A stretch of 64,000 nucleotides of DNA from Nymphaea colorata. Taxonomy: Eukaryota. The notes beneath the pieces were generated by a model. It saw only the letters and a program-made list of their open reading frames with translations, was not told the origin of the DNA and did not search any database. The stretch spans positions 23,808,001 to 23,872,000 of the forward strand of contig NC_045138.2 in assembly GCF_008831285.2 (NCBI RefSeq), given 5' to 3'. Positions 50,301 to 62,830 of this stretch are shown here, piece by piece. Made by a program: the position numbers and the translations under genes. The first letter of the stretch is position 1, and each line of letters starts with the position of its first letter.

Positions 50301-53300
50301 TACATTGCAAAGATGGTTAATTATCTCCAGCATGTAGCTCGTATGAATCCATTTTGGGCTGCGGCAAGCAATGCGTCTCTATTTGGAGCTAAACCTTACA
50401 ACCTCAACGCAATGCCGTCAACAGAAGGGATGATACTTGGTGGCCCCTTACCAGGAGCATTTCCTGCTGCCAACTTCACGGCTTCTGGAAGGACCGGAGG
50501 CCCAACACATGAAAAGGGTAATGGAAGTGCTGCTACTTTTGGTGGCCAAGTACCTAAGGAGAAGGCTACGGCCCAGATTGCAGATGGCCAGCGAAAGCAG
50601 CAAACAACCGTCCAGCAACCACCTCTTACACCGTCTGCGACTAACATACCGGTATGTTGTTGATATCTTCTCTGTCAATTGTGTCCAGTTAGCATCTTGT
50701 GCCTTGTTGCTTGAGTAGCTTATATCATGGTTATTCTTTTACAGCATGGCCCTGCCATAATCTTCCCACTGAATCAGGTGGCAGCAGCGGTCAGACCTGG
50801 GGGATCAAAAGCCCCTGTCACTGGGCACGCTGCTGGTCCATCGGCAGCTCAAGTTGGTGGTGTCATGGGTAGCTCTGGAGCAGCTGCTACTGTGAGCTAC
50901 AACTATCCAAACTTGCCCACCAACGAAGCTCAGTACATAGCAATGGTACAGAGCAGTGGCTATCCTTTCCAGATTCCTGCCCATGTTGGAGCTGCTGCAG
51001 CAGCTTCAGCTTATAGAGGCAGCTCTGCACATCTAGGCCAGGCAACTGCTGCACCACCTCCACAATTTTTCACTGGATCCTTTTATGCATCACAAATGCT
51101 TCATCCTTCTCAAATACAGCAAACTCAATCTCAGGCTCTTCAACAGGGGCAGCAGAATCCAAGCACTTCTAGTGGTTCGTCTTCATCTCATAAGCACCCT
51201 CAGCAGCAGCGTTTGCAAGGTTGTGGTGGCAGCAATTCGAATAACTACAAACAGCAGCAGCAGTTACAACAAGAATCGCAGCAGCAGACTCCACAAAGAA
51301 CGCGCCAATCTCCAGCGAACTCTGTTCACCCTAATCACCACTTAAATGCCTCGCATCCACGCCAAAGTGAAGCTGGACATCCTGCCGAAAGTGATAGCCC
51401 CTCTGCTGCAGACAGCAAAGTCTCCCCTAATTTCCTTACCCAAACCAATCATCACCCAACCCTCAGTTCGAGCTATGGCATCAGCCCTCTTCCCGTTCCC
51501 ATCCATCATGCTCAAAACTTTTCAATTATGTCCTCCTTGGGCAGTGCCAAGAACGGTGAGAAGCCGCACCTTCAGCCTCAGAGTTCGGATTCACATCCTC
51601 AGTATGGTTTAAAAGGCATGGAGTTGGTGCCATCTCAGGCTTTTGCCATGTCTTTTCCTCCAGGCATTGACTTCTCGATGGCTCAAGGTCATCATGCTAT
51701 ATTTCAGAATCTACCGGAGCATTATAGACAGAGTTACCAGCTTGCAGCTGCCCAGGCTGTTGCAGCAGCAGCTTCTGCTCATCAACAGCATGTGCAGCGC
51801 ACCAGTAAGCAAAAGATCGGGAACGACAGCAAGAACGCTGGTGACCATAATATTGGTGGTGCTGTTAGTCAAGAAGAAAGGACAGCGGGTGGTGCAAAGG
51901 CTACTCCATCTGTTGCTTCCCAAACACTCACATTTTCACGGCAGCCAGAGAATAACAATGAGAATGCCTCTATCTCCATCTTGAGTTCCTCTTCTCCACA
52001 TGTTTCTAGCCCTGCCATTCTTGAAAATCAATCCCGCAGCCTCAATCTTGTTTCAGCTCCTGCTAATGGAACCCGGGTGTCCTGCCCTGCTTCTATTAGT
52101 AGTACCAATATCCAGCAGTCACAGCAGCAGACGCAGCTCATGGCCCGTTCAAAATCGTCTACTAGCAATGCCAGCGTTCCAACTGTTTCCCTACCGACTG
52201 CTACAGCCATATCTTACACTGACCGTCTTCCTGTAAACATGTTTCCTGGGGGTCTATCTGCTTTTCCACAAGCTCTTATGCAAGGGACTACTCCCCAAGC
52301 ATCGCCTCAGTGGAAATCTGCTACAGCAGCAGTGCCTAGCACAAGAACAATGGGATCTGCATCTGCGTCGTCACCAACAAAGCAACCTAAAGGTCCTGTT
52401 ACTGGGCCCGGTGGATCTCCTGCACACTCACAGATATCCTTTGCTAGTACTGGCGTCAATGCAAAGGTAACTGCAATGCCAATGGGGGGACATATGCCTC
52501 ACGGCTTGCCAAATTCTTCGTTGAGTAGCAGTGTCTCTAATGCTGCTCCAGTCAGGCTGAATTCATCCACTCCCATTATTGGATCACCTCCGCAGTCCGT
52601 TGCAAAGACCAGTGGGAGCCCGTCTACTAGAACTGCCCCAGCCACTAAAGGAGGGGTTTTGCCTGCACCAGTGCCAGCTGCTTCACAGCCACCAAAGAAT
52701 TCACATACAAGCTCTACTAGAAAGTCTTCTCCTCCTCTTGGTGGTCGAAACAATTTGCCTGCAATTTTGGGGCATCCACAGTTGGTGCAGAGTTCGTCGC
52801 CTAAGCAGTCGCAACAGCAGCAGCAGCCTGTCCAGTCATTAAACTTGAAAAGCCAGCAGCAGTCTCACCAGCAACTTAATAAGGCGCAGTATCAGCCCGC
52901 TCAGATGTTCTTTAGCAAGAACTACCTTGCACCACAGTCTTCTCAGGCCTCTCAACTTGCTGCTGCTGGGTACTACCCAAAACCATCTTCTTCGGTGCAG
53001 CCATCCATCTCTAACCTGCCTCAAAGAAGACCGTCATCGGAGCAATCACAGAACTCACCGTCAGTGTCTTCAAATTCTGCAGCCACAGGAGCACTCTCTC
53101 TAGGCGGATCCAGTCTCTCTCTTACTACCTCTGCTTCTGAATCGTTAAAGTCTGGTTGTGCCAGTAATGCTACCGCTAGGGGGGCAGTGTGGGTGTCCTG
53201 CACACACACCAGTTCACCACTCCCTTGAGCACAGCTTCAAATCCGGCTAACAACCCAACTGCAGCATCTGTAGTGGCTGCTGCCTTCCCTTATCTTCACG

Positions 53301-53377
53301 CAGTGTCCACAGTGCCCATGAAATCTGCAGAGCATAGCTCAGCAGGATCCAAACAGAAGCAAGAAAAGATCCAATGA
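47381..53377 (+). CDS. TIC: TIME FOR COFFEE-like nuclear circadian clock regulator, 12 coding exons
   Basis: Exons 47381-47483 (MDRNREVRR...LSRRR...RDSP), 47635-47940 (RLRDR...WKVPDEMIGVPVPRKARS), 48041-48192 (ASVKRSHE), 48296-48593 (EIEIEVAEVLFGL; donor could instead be 48584), 48686-49067 (APKRKRPRP), 49149-49212 (EEKFKFDLM), 49323-49370 (APP), 49485-49782, 49862-49958 (GWPGGLPPLG), 50058-50151, 50250-50651 (KRCATHCYIA...RMNPFW...GAKP), 50745-end (HGPAIIFPL, NEAQYIAMVQ..GYPFQIPAHVG, SQMLHPSQ, QNPSTSSGSSSSHKH). As written the frame stops at 53228; the family-like C-terminus lies in another frame ending at 53377. Confidence 0.93.
53180..53377 (+). CDS. TIC: TIC C-terminal segment in shifted frame
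   Basis: GGSVGVLHTHQF...AAFPYLHAVSTVPMKSAEHSSAG resembles the TIC-family terminal motif (LH..QF...F.YVHAVP..V.VKP.EQK..AG, recalled). Confidence 0.7.
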   Translation, partial: GGSVGVLHTHQFTTPLSTASNPANNPTAASVVAAAFPYLHAVSTVPMKSAEHSSAGSKQKQEKIQ

Positions 53378-55482
53378 GTGGTTTGCAATTTTCAACTTTG
53401 GCAGAATGCAGATGAGGAGGTGCTCGTGCAGACTTGGCAGCCTGAGGATGACGGTTGGAAGCAACTAAGAATTGGGTGATTTTGTTGTTGATGGTCATTA
53501 TATTCTTGCGCCCAAAATCAGGGAGAACTGGAGCTTCTGTTACCTCCATCATCACTATCTAAAGGATAAATTACTGCTAGTCAAGGGAATGTTGAAGATT
53601 CGATGGAGAGGGCGAAGAAAGCTTTAGCTGGCGCCATGTATACATCTGTTCATGATTGTGGTCCTTGATGTCGCAATGATCTCCAAGTGGACTCTCTTTG
53701 GCAGCATGACGATTGTAGATGGTGTAATCCGTCGGCCATGTCGAGGGAGAGTAGGGGGTTTGCACTGACCATGTGCTTCACATAGCTACAGCGAAACAGG
53801 AAAAACTCCTTCTGGTTGTTACACAGTTTTGTCTTTTCTTTTTTCACCTCCCAGTAAATTGAAGCTTACCACTCTTCGGTTCTCTTGTCTGGCTTGGCTT
53901 CCTTTTTCTTGCTCACGTGTTTGGTCATCGCTGAAGGGAGTGGGAGTTCAGATAATTGAGGGTTGGGATAGGGATTTTCTCCCTGCTGATGCGTGTTACT
54001 AATCGGAGGACGTGGTTGCTTTTTTTTGGCCCTGGTGTCCGTCATTTTAGTGTCGTTTTCCTGGTTTTTTTTTTTTTTTTTTTTTGTGGGTAACAGATCA
54101 TGATTTTATGGCGACAACGTGGAAGATGGAGCTCCGGGGCCCATCTCTGGATTTCTCTCTTAAGAAAGTTTTTTCTTTTTTTTTTTTGGGGTTGCGTAGT
54201 TGATCTTTGTATTAAGCCTGTAAATAGTTGGGACCTAACTTTTTCTGAAAACCAAAGCGGAGGAGGAACTGGTGAGAGCTCCCTCTTTCTGGTCGGAAAA
54301 GGTACTTTCTTTTTTAACTCGGGAATTTTTTTCCCCCATTTATTTCGTTGTCTTCTAGCGTCCTTTCCGTATAAGTGGTTCGATTCTTCGCTTTTAAAAG
54401 AGCGCCGTGGTTAAAAGGAGAGAAAAAAAGAAGAAGGGAAGAAAAAAAGAAGAGAAGAAAAAAAAAAGGAAAGATCTTCTGAAAGAAGCACAGGCTTGCC
54501 AAAGCTTGAACAATTAAGAAAAGACCGCTTTCATGTCTTTTTCCGCATAAGAAGAAGAAGGGTAGTGGTTGGGAAAATGACATCATAAATCCGGTGGCTC
54601 CCTTGCTCCCTTCATCGATTGTGTCCCGCCCTGTGAGCTGCCGAATCATCCCGGTCGGACAAGAGGGGCGGGGTCCCACCCATAAGCACTGAACGGTCTA
54701 TCGCCGATAAATAATTGCTCTGTCTACGATTTTTTTTACTATTTTAATAAAATAATAATAGCAAAATCTTATAAAACAGAAGCACACCTAACTTTTAGCC
54801 CTTTTTTTTGTTTTTGAATTAAATTAATGGAAGTTTAAAATACTTTGCCATCAATTTAGCATTTTGTTTTCCAAAAGATAACGTAAAAAACATGCTTAGC
54901 TTTATTAAAAACAAGTATGTTTCTTTAATAAAAAAAGCTTGCTTCGTTATCGTAGATAGAAAAACCGAGTTATTTGTATATGATATAAAAAAGTAAGCTA
55001 TTCAAATGTGATTAATCGTGCAATTTGGTCTTTTTTATCGTTTAAACCTAAGCTTAAGTTAGCCGCAACTTGAGATTAAATGGCCAATTATTGTTTTTTT
55101 CTCTAACGGTGTAAAACTTAGATAGATTTCTAACCATTTGAGAAAATTAATTATATTATTATTATTTATTATTTTCACTTGTAGTACGCTTATATGATTG
55201 TATCAGCTGGCAGTATTTTAGTCAGTGGGTGTGTATGCGCATGGGTCCACACTGCGGCCAGTAGGCGACGGATTCAGATAACGTCGCCTGAGCCTGCTGG
55301 GCCCGTGGCCGTGGGCCGTGGGCCGTGGCTGATGAGGGTGCGTTGGGTGTGGACCAAACGTGCTACGTAGCGACTCTGGGCTCTAGGTGTGACCCCACTT
55401 GCAGTGGTGTCCCCCAGCAACGGAAAAGGGAAAAACAGCCACGGCGGTCCCCTCATTTATTTCCTCACCAAATTGCGACTTC

Positions 55483-55919
55483 TTAGCAGATTAAATTAGA
55501 AGTGGATATACTCTTTATTCGATTTTTTTGGATATTTATATATTGAGATTTGAATTTAGAGTTGAATACAAATAAAAAAATTGTATCAAAATCTGAATCT
55601 AAAATCTGATTTCACAATCCTAAATCCGATCAGAATTTGATTTTTATATTCATATTTGAATCTAAATATGAATATGAAATGTTAACCCAAATCTGACCGA
55701 TTGTCAAAATGTAGAATATTTGTTTAAGACAAAACCCTATTCGAACTTAACCCAATCAGATATTTATGGGTATCTGAATTTGAATCTGATTGAATGTCAT
55801 TCCTTCAATCGGAATTCGAACCGATTTCTCAATGGGATAATTATTTTTTTTTCATATTCAATTTTTTCAGAACGGTTCAATCGGATATCCGATGCAAATC
55901 GAACATATTGACATTCCTA
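55483..55919. mobile_element. AT-rich hAT/MITE-like element, inverted relative of 31345-31745
   Basis: The right end reads TAGGAATGTCAATATG on the minus strand (hAT-like terminus) and aligns with ATGTTAATAT...GATATCCGAT at about 31350. Confidence 0.6.
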
Positions 55920-58589
55920 CCTATATTATAAAAATCAAAAAATTGAAAGTTGGTCCTTTCTCACTCCTTTGAAACGTTAGATGGTGGCGATGGGCTGCAG
56001 CCTAGAGGTTTCTGTTTGACGCTAAATTCTGTCTGATTGAGCCAAATGCTAAGTTTCTCCCTCTCTCTAGATTCCACTTGGGTGTGGCCGGTGCCTCTCG
56101 TGGTTTCCTTCTTAATTTCAAATGCTCCGAAGACTTTATTCCCACGATGTGAAATGAAGGCGGGCTTAGACTTATCTTGAAGTTCATTTAAGGGATGGCC
56201 GTCGATTTGACGGAAAGCAAAAGCAACTTCTCTTTGATCTTTTCTAAGTCCGCAGTTACTTGCGTCTTTCTCTCATAGGCGGAGGATAGTTGATAGGATT
56301 GGCGCCATAAAAGTCTTATAGTATTATCTTTTTAGACTGCAAATGGTGAATGCACGACACTTTAGTTGATAGGTGTCATGCTCTCCACTCATGCCCATAA
56401 ATAATTGTGAACCCAAAGAACAAGGGAAAGAGATGAGAGGCTTCAACATGTTCGCAGTACCTCCCCCACAATTTCATGCTTCTAAATCGCCAATCCTCAT
56501 TAATTAATTTGGGTTTTACTGTGTTCAGAAGTTGGTATTCATCAAACCAACTCTACATGTCATATCCATACCATCAAATTCACCTAAACAACTTGTAAGT
56601 TCACTCATGCAGATAATTAAGGCTTGTACCTATAAGATGTTCTTTATTATTTTGTGGAGGGATATGGGCATATATTGGAGGTTTATGGGCTATAGTGCTT
56701 TGGTTTGGAAGTCACTCCTTCCTTTCTCCTTTCATGGCTTTTCGGTCTCCTGCCGGGGCGCATGTGTGTGCAACTGCCCACACGGTCCCACCAAAAGTAA
56801 CTATTTTCATATCGAAACTTCACATCAGTTTTTCTTATTTACATACAGGTGCTCCCTAAAAATTTAAAAGCACAGGACTAGTGCCTTTTAATCAAATTTT
56901 TTTGGCTCCACCCCCGGACTCCGGTGCTTTGAGACTCTTCAACTTGGCGCTGCCATCTACTCAAGTCAGAGGTAATTGCAGAGCAGGAGCATCTCGATTT
57001 GTTAGTGAGACGAAGCATTCAAGTGGTGCAAGTTCTGACCCTTTTTCTTTCTTTCATTGAACTTCTTACATGGATCGTGCTAAGGCTTGGTGGTCCTGCA
57101 GTGTAAAGGCAAAAGGCAGTGGCCCAGCCACCTATGGGCCAAGTGGAGCAGACGCCCATAAATTTTAATACATAAATGTTGTCAATGGCCTGTTTGTGTC
57201 TCTGTTCAACTATAAATTATGTGTGTATGTGTGCCCTTCACTTCAACGGCCGACCCCTAGCCCACAGGCCCACTTAATTGAGACGCTGGTAGCTGCAATC
57301 AAAGTCTCTCTCTCTCTCTCTACCACCAAAATCTTTTTGGGTAAAATGTTCTTTGGGTTTTTGCTGAGCCAACCTAATGCAATATACTGATCATCAAAAA
57401 TTACTTTTGATCTTCCTGCATTCAGGCTCGAGAGCTGCATTGGGGCCTAGAGTTACTTTTTGATCTTCTGTCAACTTAGTACCGTGTTAGCCACTCTAAC
57501 TACCCACAAGAACATAGCACCCACGAGAATCGAACTTTTGATCTTGAGTTTGTTCCAGGCATACCAGTCCCAATGCCATGAGTTAATTTTGTAAAATTGA
57601 CCGAGCTCGCCAATGCCATGCAGAACTCTCCTTTTACAACTCACCATTTCCTGTCATGGCTTAGATAAGGGGAAGCCAGCAACCCAACAGTCAGAAGAGT
57701 CATTTTTTCTATCATCTGAATGCAAAGATGTCAGGATCCGTTTAGAGTGCTCAGTCGTAGGGGAAAACACTGGTCCTGGAGTAGAAGGTTGTAAATTCTC
57801 AGTTGTCTTCTGGGTCATGAAGATGAAGTCACTATTTGATGTCATTATAACTAGATGGCAACCTTCTCGCGTTGAAAAGGCAACATCTTGAAGACTACTT
57901 CCATGGATGAAGGATCCCTTCTTCTTTCCTAGTCATGATGCTGATATCAGTTGACCTAATCTTTGACAAATCAGATTAGATATATCAGACCCCTGAATAC
58001 ACAATCTTCCTTAGCTGCCACCTCCCAAATCCTATGGGGCCTGCCTCCCTGCTTCTGAAGGCATGCAATCTCTCCTTTTGACTAATGTTTTCCATAATTC
58101 TCTCTGTCATGTCCACACTTTATGGGCCCTTTACCACTACCCTTAATCCTTTGCTATGTTTTCCAAAATGTTCTTGGGGGTGAATGTTTCCACATATCCA
58201 AGAATGCCCTTGTAAGTGTAAGAGGGATTCAAATGTAAAGGTGCGTCAGGAGTAATACCAATCTGAAGGCCATCCATGGACCATAGATGCCATATGCAAA
58301 TTTGGGGGATTGAGTCAGTGTGCATGCAACAAATATACACCAAGAAGGACATTGGGGTATTTTTTGAATTTTTTTTATAAAGTATAAGGCATTTTAGACT
58401 TTTTTTTTCCTTACAATCCTTTGTTTACGCTTATAAAAAGTTTTTTTTTTACTTTTAATGAAAATAGTTTGGCCATTGCATACCTTTGTGCATGAAAAAA
58501 TCGGGCACTAGGACAAGAGTAGCTTATACAACCAGCTTCACAAATGTGGCGGATTTGCAAGATGGGACCCATAAAAATGAACCCGACTG

Positions 58590-59256
58590 CTATAGTTATG
58601 AAACTAGTTATATACGCTGCCCCTGTTTATGTAGTTTGATGTGACATTTTAATAATGATAAAAGTGCCTATGACTAATATATATAAAAAGAAACATTTTC
58701 TAATGACAAAAAATGAAACCGTAAAAAGAAGATTTGGAGATTCGATAAAGGTAAAATTTGTCAGTCTGTCATTATAACCAATATACCCTTTTAATAAGTA
58801 AAAAAGCATTTACATTTTTTTTGTCTCACTCATAACGTTAGCTCATTATCTCTTAAATATTTTATTATCTCATAAACATTATCTCATACTTATGTTTAGT
58901 GTTGTCTCATACATCCATCCATCCATTATCTCATTATTTCATGAATATTTTATTATCTCGTACTTATTATCTCATACTTATGTTTAACATTATCTCATAA
59001 ATTTTTTGTTGTCTCATAATTATGTTTAATGTTATCTCATGCATCTGTTCGTTCATTATCTCATGCATCTTTTGCTATCTCATAAATATTATCTTATACT
59101 TATTTGTTATTTCATATATTTTCTTATCTCATGCACATACATATGACGTGTTTGGGCATGAAAGTAAATCTGCATATTGATAGTAAGGTTCACATCAGGC
59201 GTACGGTTGTTACATACATGGAGCGGCGTACGCGTATAGAACTCTCTATCCTATAG
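58590..59256. mobile_element. putative non-autonomous DNA transposon with TATCTCAT subrepeats
   Basis: Imperfect inverted ends CTATAG...TATACGC / GCGTATA...CTATAG; many TTATCTCAT copies at 58845-59131. Confidence 0.4.
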
Positions 59257-60039
59257 TTAAAATACATGCCTTCCATTTTCAAGTACAAAACCCTTCAAGG
59301 ACAATCCTGCCCTAGTTGAAATTGTCCTAGGAATTATAAAGATTGAAGGACAATTCTACCCATGGCCTTTGGAATCACTGCAACCCCATGGATTTCCCTA
59401 TAGCCTCATTCGAGCAAAGCAGTAGAGTACCATCAACAATGAGGCGAGCAGGCCATCAGCAGTGAACAAGGGTTTTCAACGAAGAAAGTGAATAAGGGGT
59501 TCACGACAATGCAGTGAAGATATTTCCATTGGCAATTTGGCGAATATTCTTCTTCTGTATATTGGTAGGTTGCTTACCCGTCGTAGTGTCAATAAGGAGA
59601 GTAACTGAGACGATGAAGCACCCTCAATTGGCCAAAACGAAGAAGAATCCTCCAAAGCAAGTAAGAAAGTTGGACAAACTAAAAGATGTGGGCATAGTTG
59701 ATGACTACAACAATAACATGTTTGATGATATTATGGGAAGAACTATTGTACCCGCTGAAGTACTATTAGCCATATCTAAATATGAGGAGCATGTCACTAG
59801 TGAGTGAGGCGCCCCATCTTCCTAAGCAGAGAAAACGAACTGTCATTGGTGGGTTCCATGTCCCCAACCAATGTTGTAGAACGTGTTGTGGTAATTGATG
59901 AAAATGCTGTTAGAAATATTATTGCTGATGCTAAGAAGCACCTACAAGAGAGGATGCCAAATATAAATAAAGAAGCTTAAAGTAGGAAGATGAGAAGATG
60001 TCTATTAGAAACCCTGTTGATATGGCTCGGAAGTTGTCA

Positions 60040-60435
60040 GATGAGTAGAGAGGCTTGCTAGATCTTGTTGACGAGGCTTAGAGGTAGACAATTAAGAAGT
60101 GCTCCTTACCACCAGCAGTTATCAACTCACGATTGTCCTCTGAGTAATAGAAGCAAAACCAACTAATGATGGCTAGCAAGTGCTTAGCCATTGAATCAGT
60201 GGCGGCATGTGTCAAAACAGGTATAATATCTTCCTCATTGTTGGCAGTTATCGGCTCATAGAGGGGCTCGCTGGATCTTGTTGTTGAGGCTTAGAAATAG
60301 ACAATTGAGAAGAAGTGCTCCCTGTCACTAGCGGTCATCAACTCACAGTTATCCTCTAAGTAACAGAAGCAAAACCGACCAACGATTGCTAGCAAGTCCT
60401 TAGCCATCGAACCAATGGTGACATATGTCAAAAAA
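60040..60435. repeat. degenerate direct duplication with about 213-bp spacing
   Basis: GATCTTGTTG..GAGGCTTAGA...AGAAGCAAAACC...GCTAGCAAGT.CTTAGCCAT...TGTCAAAA occurs at about 60061-60217 and 60274-60433. Confidence 0.75.
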
Positions 60436-61639
60436 ATGGTGTGATGTAGGAGAAGCAAAACTCACTGGTAATGAGTAAAAAGTCCCCAACAAACAAGAAA
60501 ATGGTGGCACATGCGAAAAATGGTGTGATGGACGATGGACATCCAGAGGTGGAAAGGTACTTTGCATTGGTAACGGGCAGGAAGTTATCATCCCTTCAAC
60601 AGAACATATAGCCAGATGTGGTTGAAGCAGACGTGCGTTTTATCAACATCAGGTAGAAAATTGCAGTCGTCATCATCATCATCCATGGCTAGTAGATAAT
60701 CAGCGTTGGAAGGGATCAACCATTCTCTGTCAGCAGACGTTTATACTAACAAGAGAAAGCAAATAGTTATTGCCAATGGCAAAAATCTTTCAAGAAGCTG
60801 TAGAGCGGGTGAACCGAGTTGTGGTGGTAGGAGAGTTATACATGAAGTGAAAGAAGAATACCAAATCAAATGGAAAAGGAAGAGAAGAAGAAGAAAAGAA
60901 ACAATACAACTAGAAGATGTATTATGCGTTTGGTAATGAGGAATATGAGAATGAGGAATGTGATGATCAAGAAGATGATTATGTACAAGAAGTAGAAGAT
61001 GAAAGTGATAAAATAGGAGGAGACAGATTTGGACGAGAGAGATGACAAATTCATGGTTTCGAGAGGACAAAAGGAAGAGCTAGGGTTTCAGCAATGGCTC
61101 TAAGAAAGAATAATAATAGGAGGAACAACATGTATGAAAAGTATTGGGTATTTCTTCCGAATAGCATGTCTTAATACTATGTTTTTTGTTTGTGTTTGTC
61201 GCTTGATGCTTGGGCATGTCTTATTCTCAATCACTGGCATTGCTTTTACCCTTTGTCTCTAACAATCGTCACTATTGTAAACTTTATTGGTGAATACAAG
61301 GAGTTCTTATCAGTTTATAACACATTTTGTCTTCACTCCTAGTCAATTCATAGGAATTCAACATTGCATTCTCTTTGCTATCTTGTGGCTGTAGGTGTAT
61401 GATCCTTTTGCTGTTTGATGTGGCTGGCTTATTGTCCGCCACGATATTCGGAGCTACTAGAGTTCTAGAAGTTATGATTGAGGGCCACACATTTTTATGG
61501 CATCTCGACAAAATGTTAACTAATATGGAGAATTGCACTTTCTATTTTTCATCTCAATGTTGGAACTCATATACCGACATGTTCTAGTTCAAGGAATACC
61601 TGTGAGGCCAATCCTCCTCTCCTAGGGCTCGCGATCATC

Positions 61640-62602
61640 CTTTGACTGCCGGCTCTTCCCGCCGGCCGGCCTTCAATGACCTGTTCATGTGGGCAACCTC
61701 AGCAGCAGCCGAACAAGGAGATGAGGCCACCCAATGTAGCCTATGGGATGACGATGGACCAATGCGGCCTGCGATGGCGAAGGAGGCGCTGCGGGAGATT
61801 GCAATTCAAGGGATGGGAGAGGCTGAGCCCACCCGAGCTGTGCGTGCTCCAGTAGAAGATAACAAGGGGTCTTCCAACGGCCATCCAACAAGCACCAATG
61901 AGCCTGTACGTCGATCATCGCCGTTGAAAAACTGGGCAGAGCGTCTAAAGCAAGATGCAATTGAGGAAGATGCCTATAGTGAACTCCTATAGGTTAGCAA
62001 TGAGAACGAACAACCAACAGTGTACATCCCTGCAGAAGATATTGAGTTGATGAAGCGGCCGTTCGCTTTCACAGCAACAGGCTATTTCTTTGGTGGAGAT
62101 ACCCGTAGAAATTTTGATTTTGGTTTTACATCCACCCAAAGCTGCTTCAAAGTCGTGGCCCTTTTCTAGTGCGAGTAGACTGTCAAGAAGAACTCGCGGT
62201 GGTGCTGCGAAATGGAGGTTGGAATCTGGGTGGAAAAACATTCATCGTCAGCAGATGGTTCCCAGAAATGCCATTGAACGTTGAAGACCCAGTCCTCCTA
62301 CCTATCTGGATTAGACTGTCGTTTTTCTGGAACCATAGGCTTCTCAGTGGAGTTGCCAGATCTTTGGGCGGAGAACTGCTGGAGGTGGACGCACCAACCA
62401 AGACCATGCTCCGACTGGCTTTTGCCCGCATAAGAATTTCAGTCTCGCTGAAATTTGTCCCCAAATCCATAGTCAAACTTGTGCAAGGGAGAGATAAAAC
62501 CATTACTCAGGAAATCTACTATGAAGAACATCTCCGATTTTGCCCGGTGTACAAGTCGTGCTCTCACTATATAGAAAACTACAAACCTGTACAGGCTCCT
62601 CT
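61640..62602 (+). mobile_element. degenerate L1-clade LINE ORF1 (DUF4283 plus zinc-knuckle type)
   Basis: NWAERLK, then VLRNGGWNLGGKTFIVSRW...LPIWIRL..FWN...VARSLG...VDAPT...AFARIRISV...YEEHLRFCPVYKSCSH, the typical plant LINE ORF1 layout with a decayed CX2CX4HX4C. Interrupted by stops and frameshifts. Confidence 0.85.
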
Positions 62603-62603
62603 T

Positions 62604-62830
62604 ACGCCCTGTTTGGTTGGAGGGAAAGGCAGGGAAAGGAAGAAAGTTTGTCTGGCTGGGAGGGAAGGGAAAGGAAAGGGAGGGAAAGGAAAGGAGAGTC
62701 TAGTTTAAATCCAATCCCTCCAAAATTGGAGGGATTGGGAAGGAAAGGAAAGAACACCAATCGTTGCCTCCCTTTCTACCCACAATACCCCTCCACCCAC
62801 GAGTCTTGTTTTTCTATCAAAAAGTAGGAA
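62604..62830. mobile_element. Tourist/PIF-Harbinger-like MITE left end truncating the LINE
   Basis: GCCCTGTTTGGTT terminus, GGGAAAGG repeats and hairpin CCAATCCCTCCAA/TTGGAGGGATTGG. Right TIR not located. Confidence 0.5.

Noticed and set aside
57640..57900. Possible LINE endonuclease remnant on the minus strand (CLFNARRL, SDFIFMTQKT)
   Set aside because: Too short and degenerate to support without a profile search.
59514..59807. 97-aa ORF with a gypsy gag-like stretch (KLKDVGIVDDYNNNMFDDIMGRT)
   Set aside because: Weak resemblance only; no LTR, PBS or pol found nearby.
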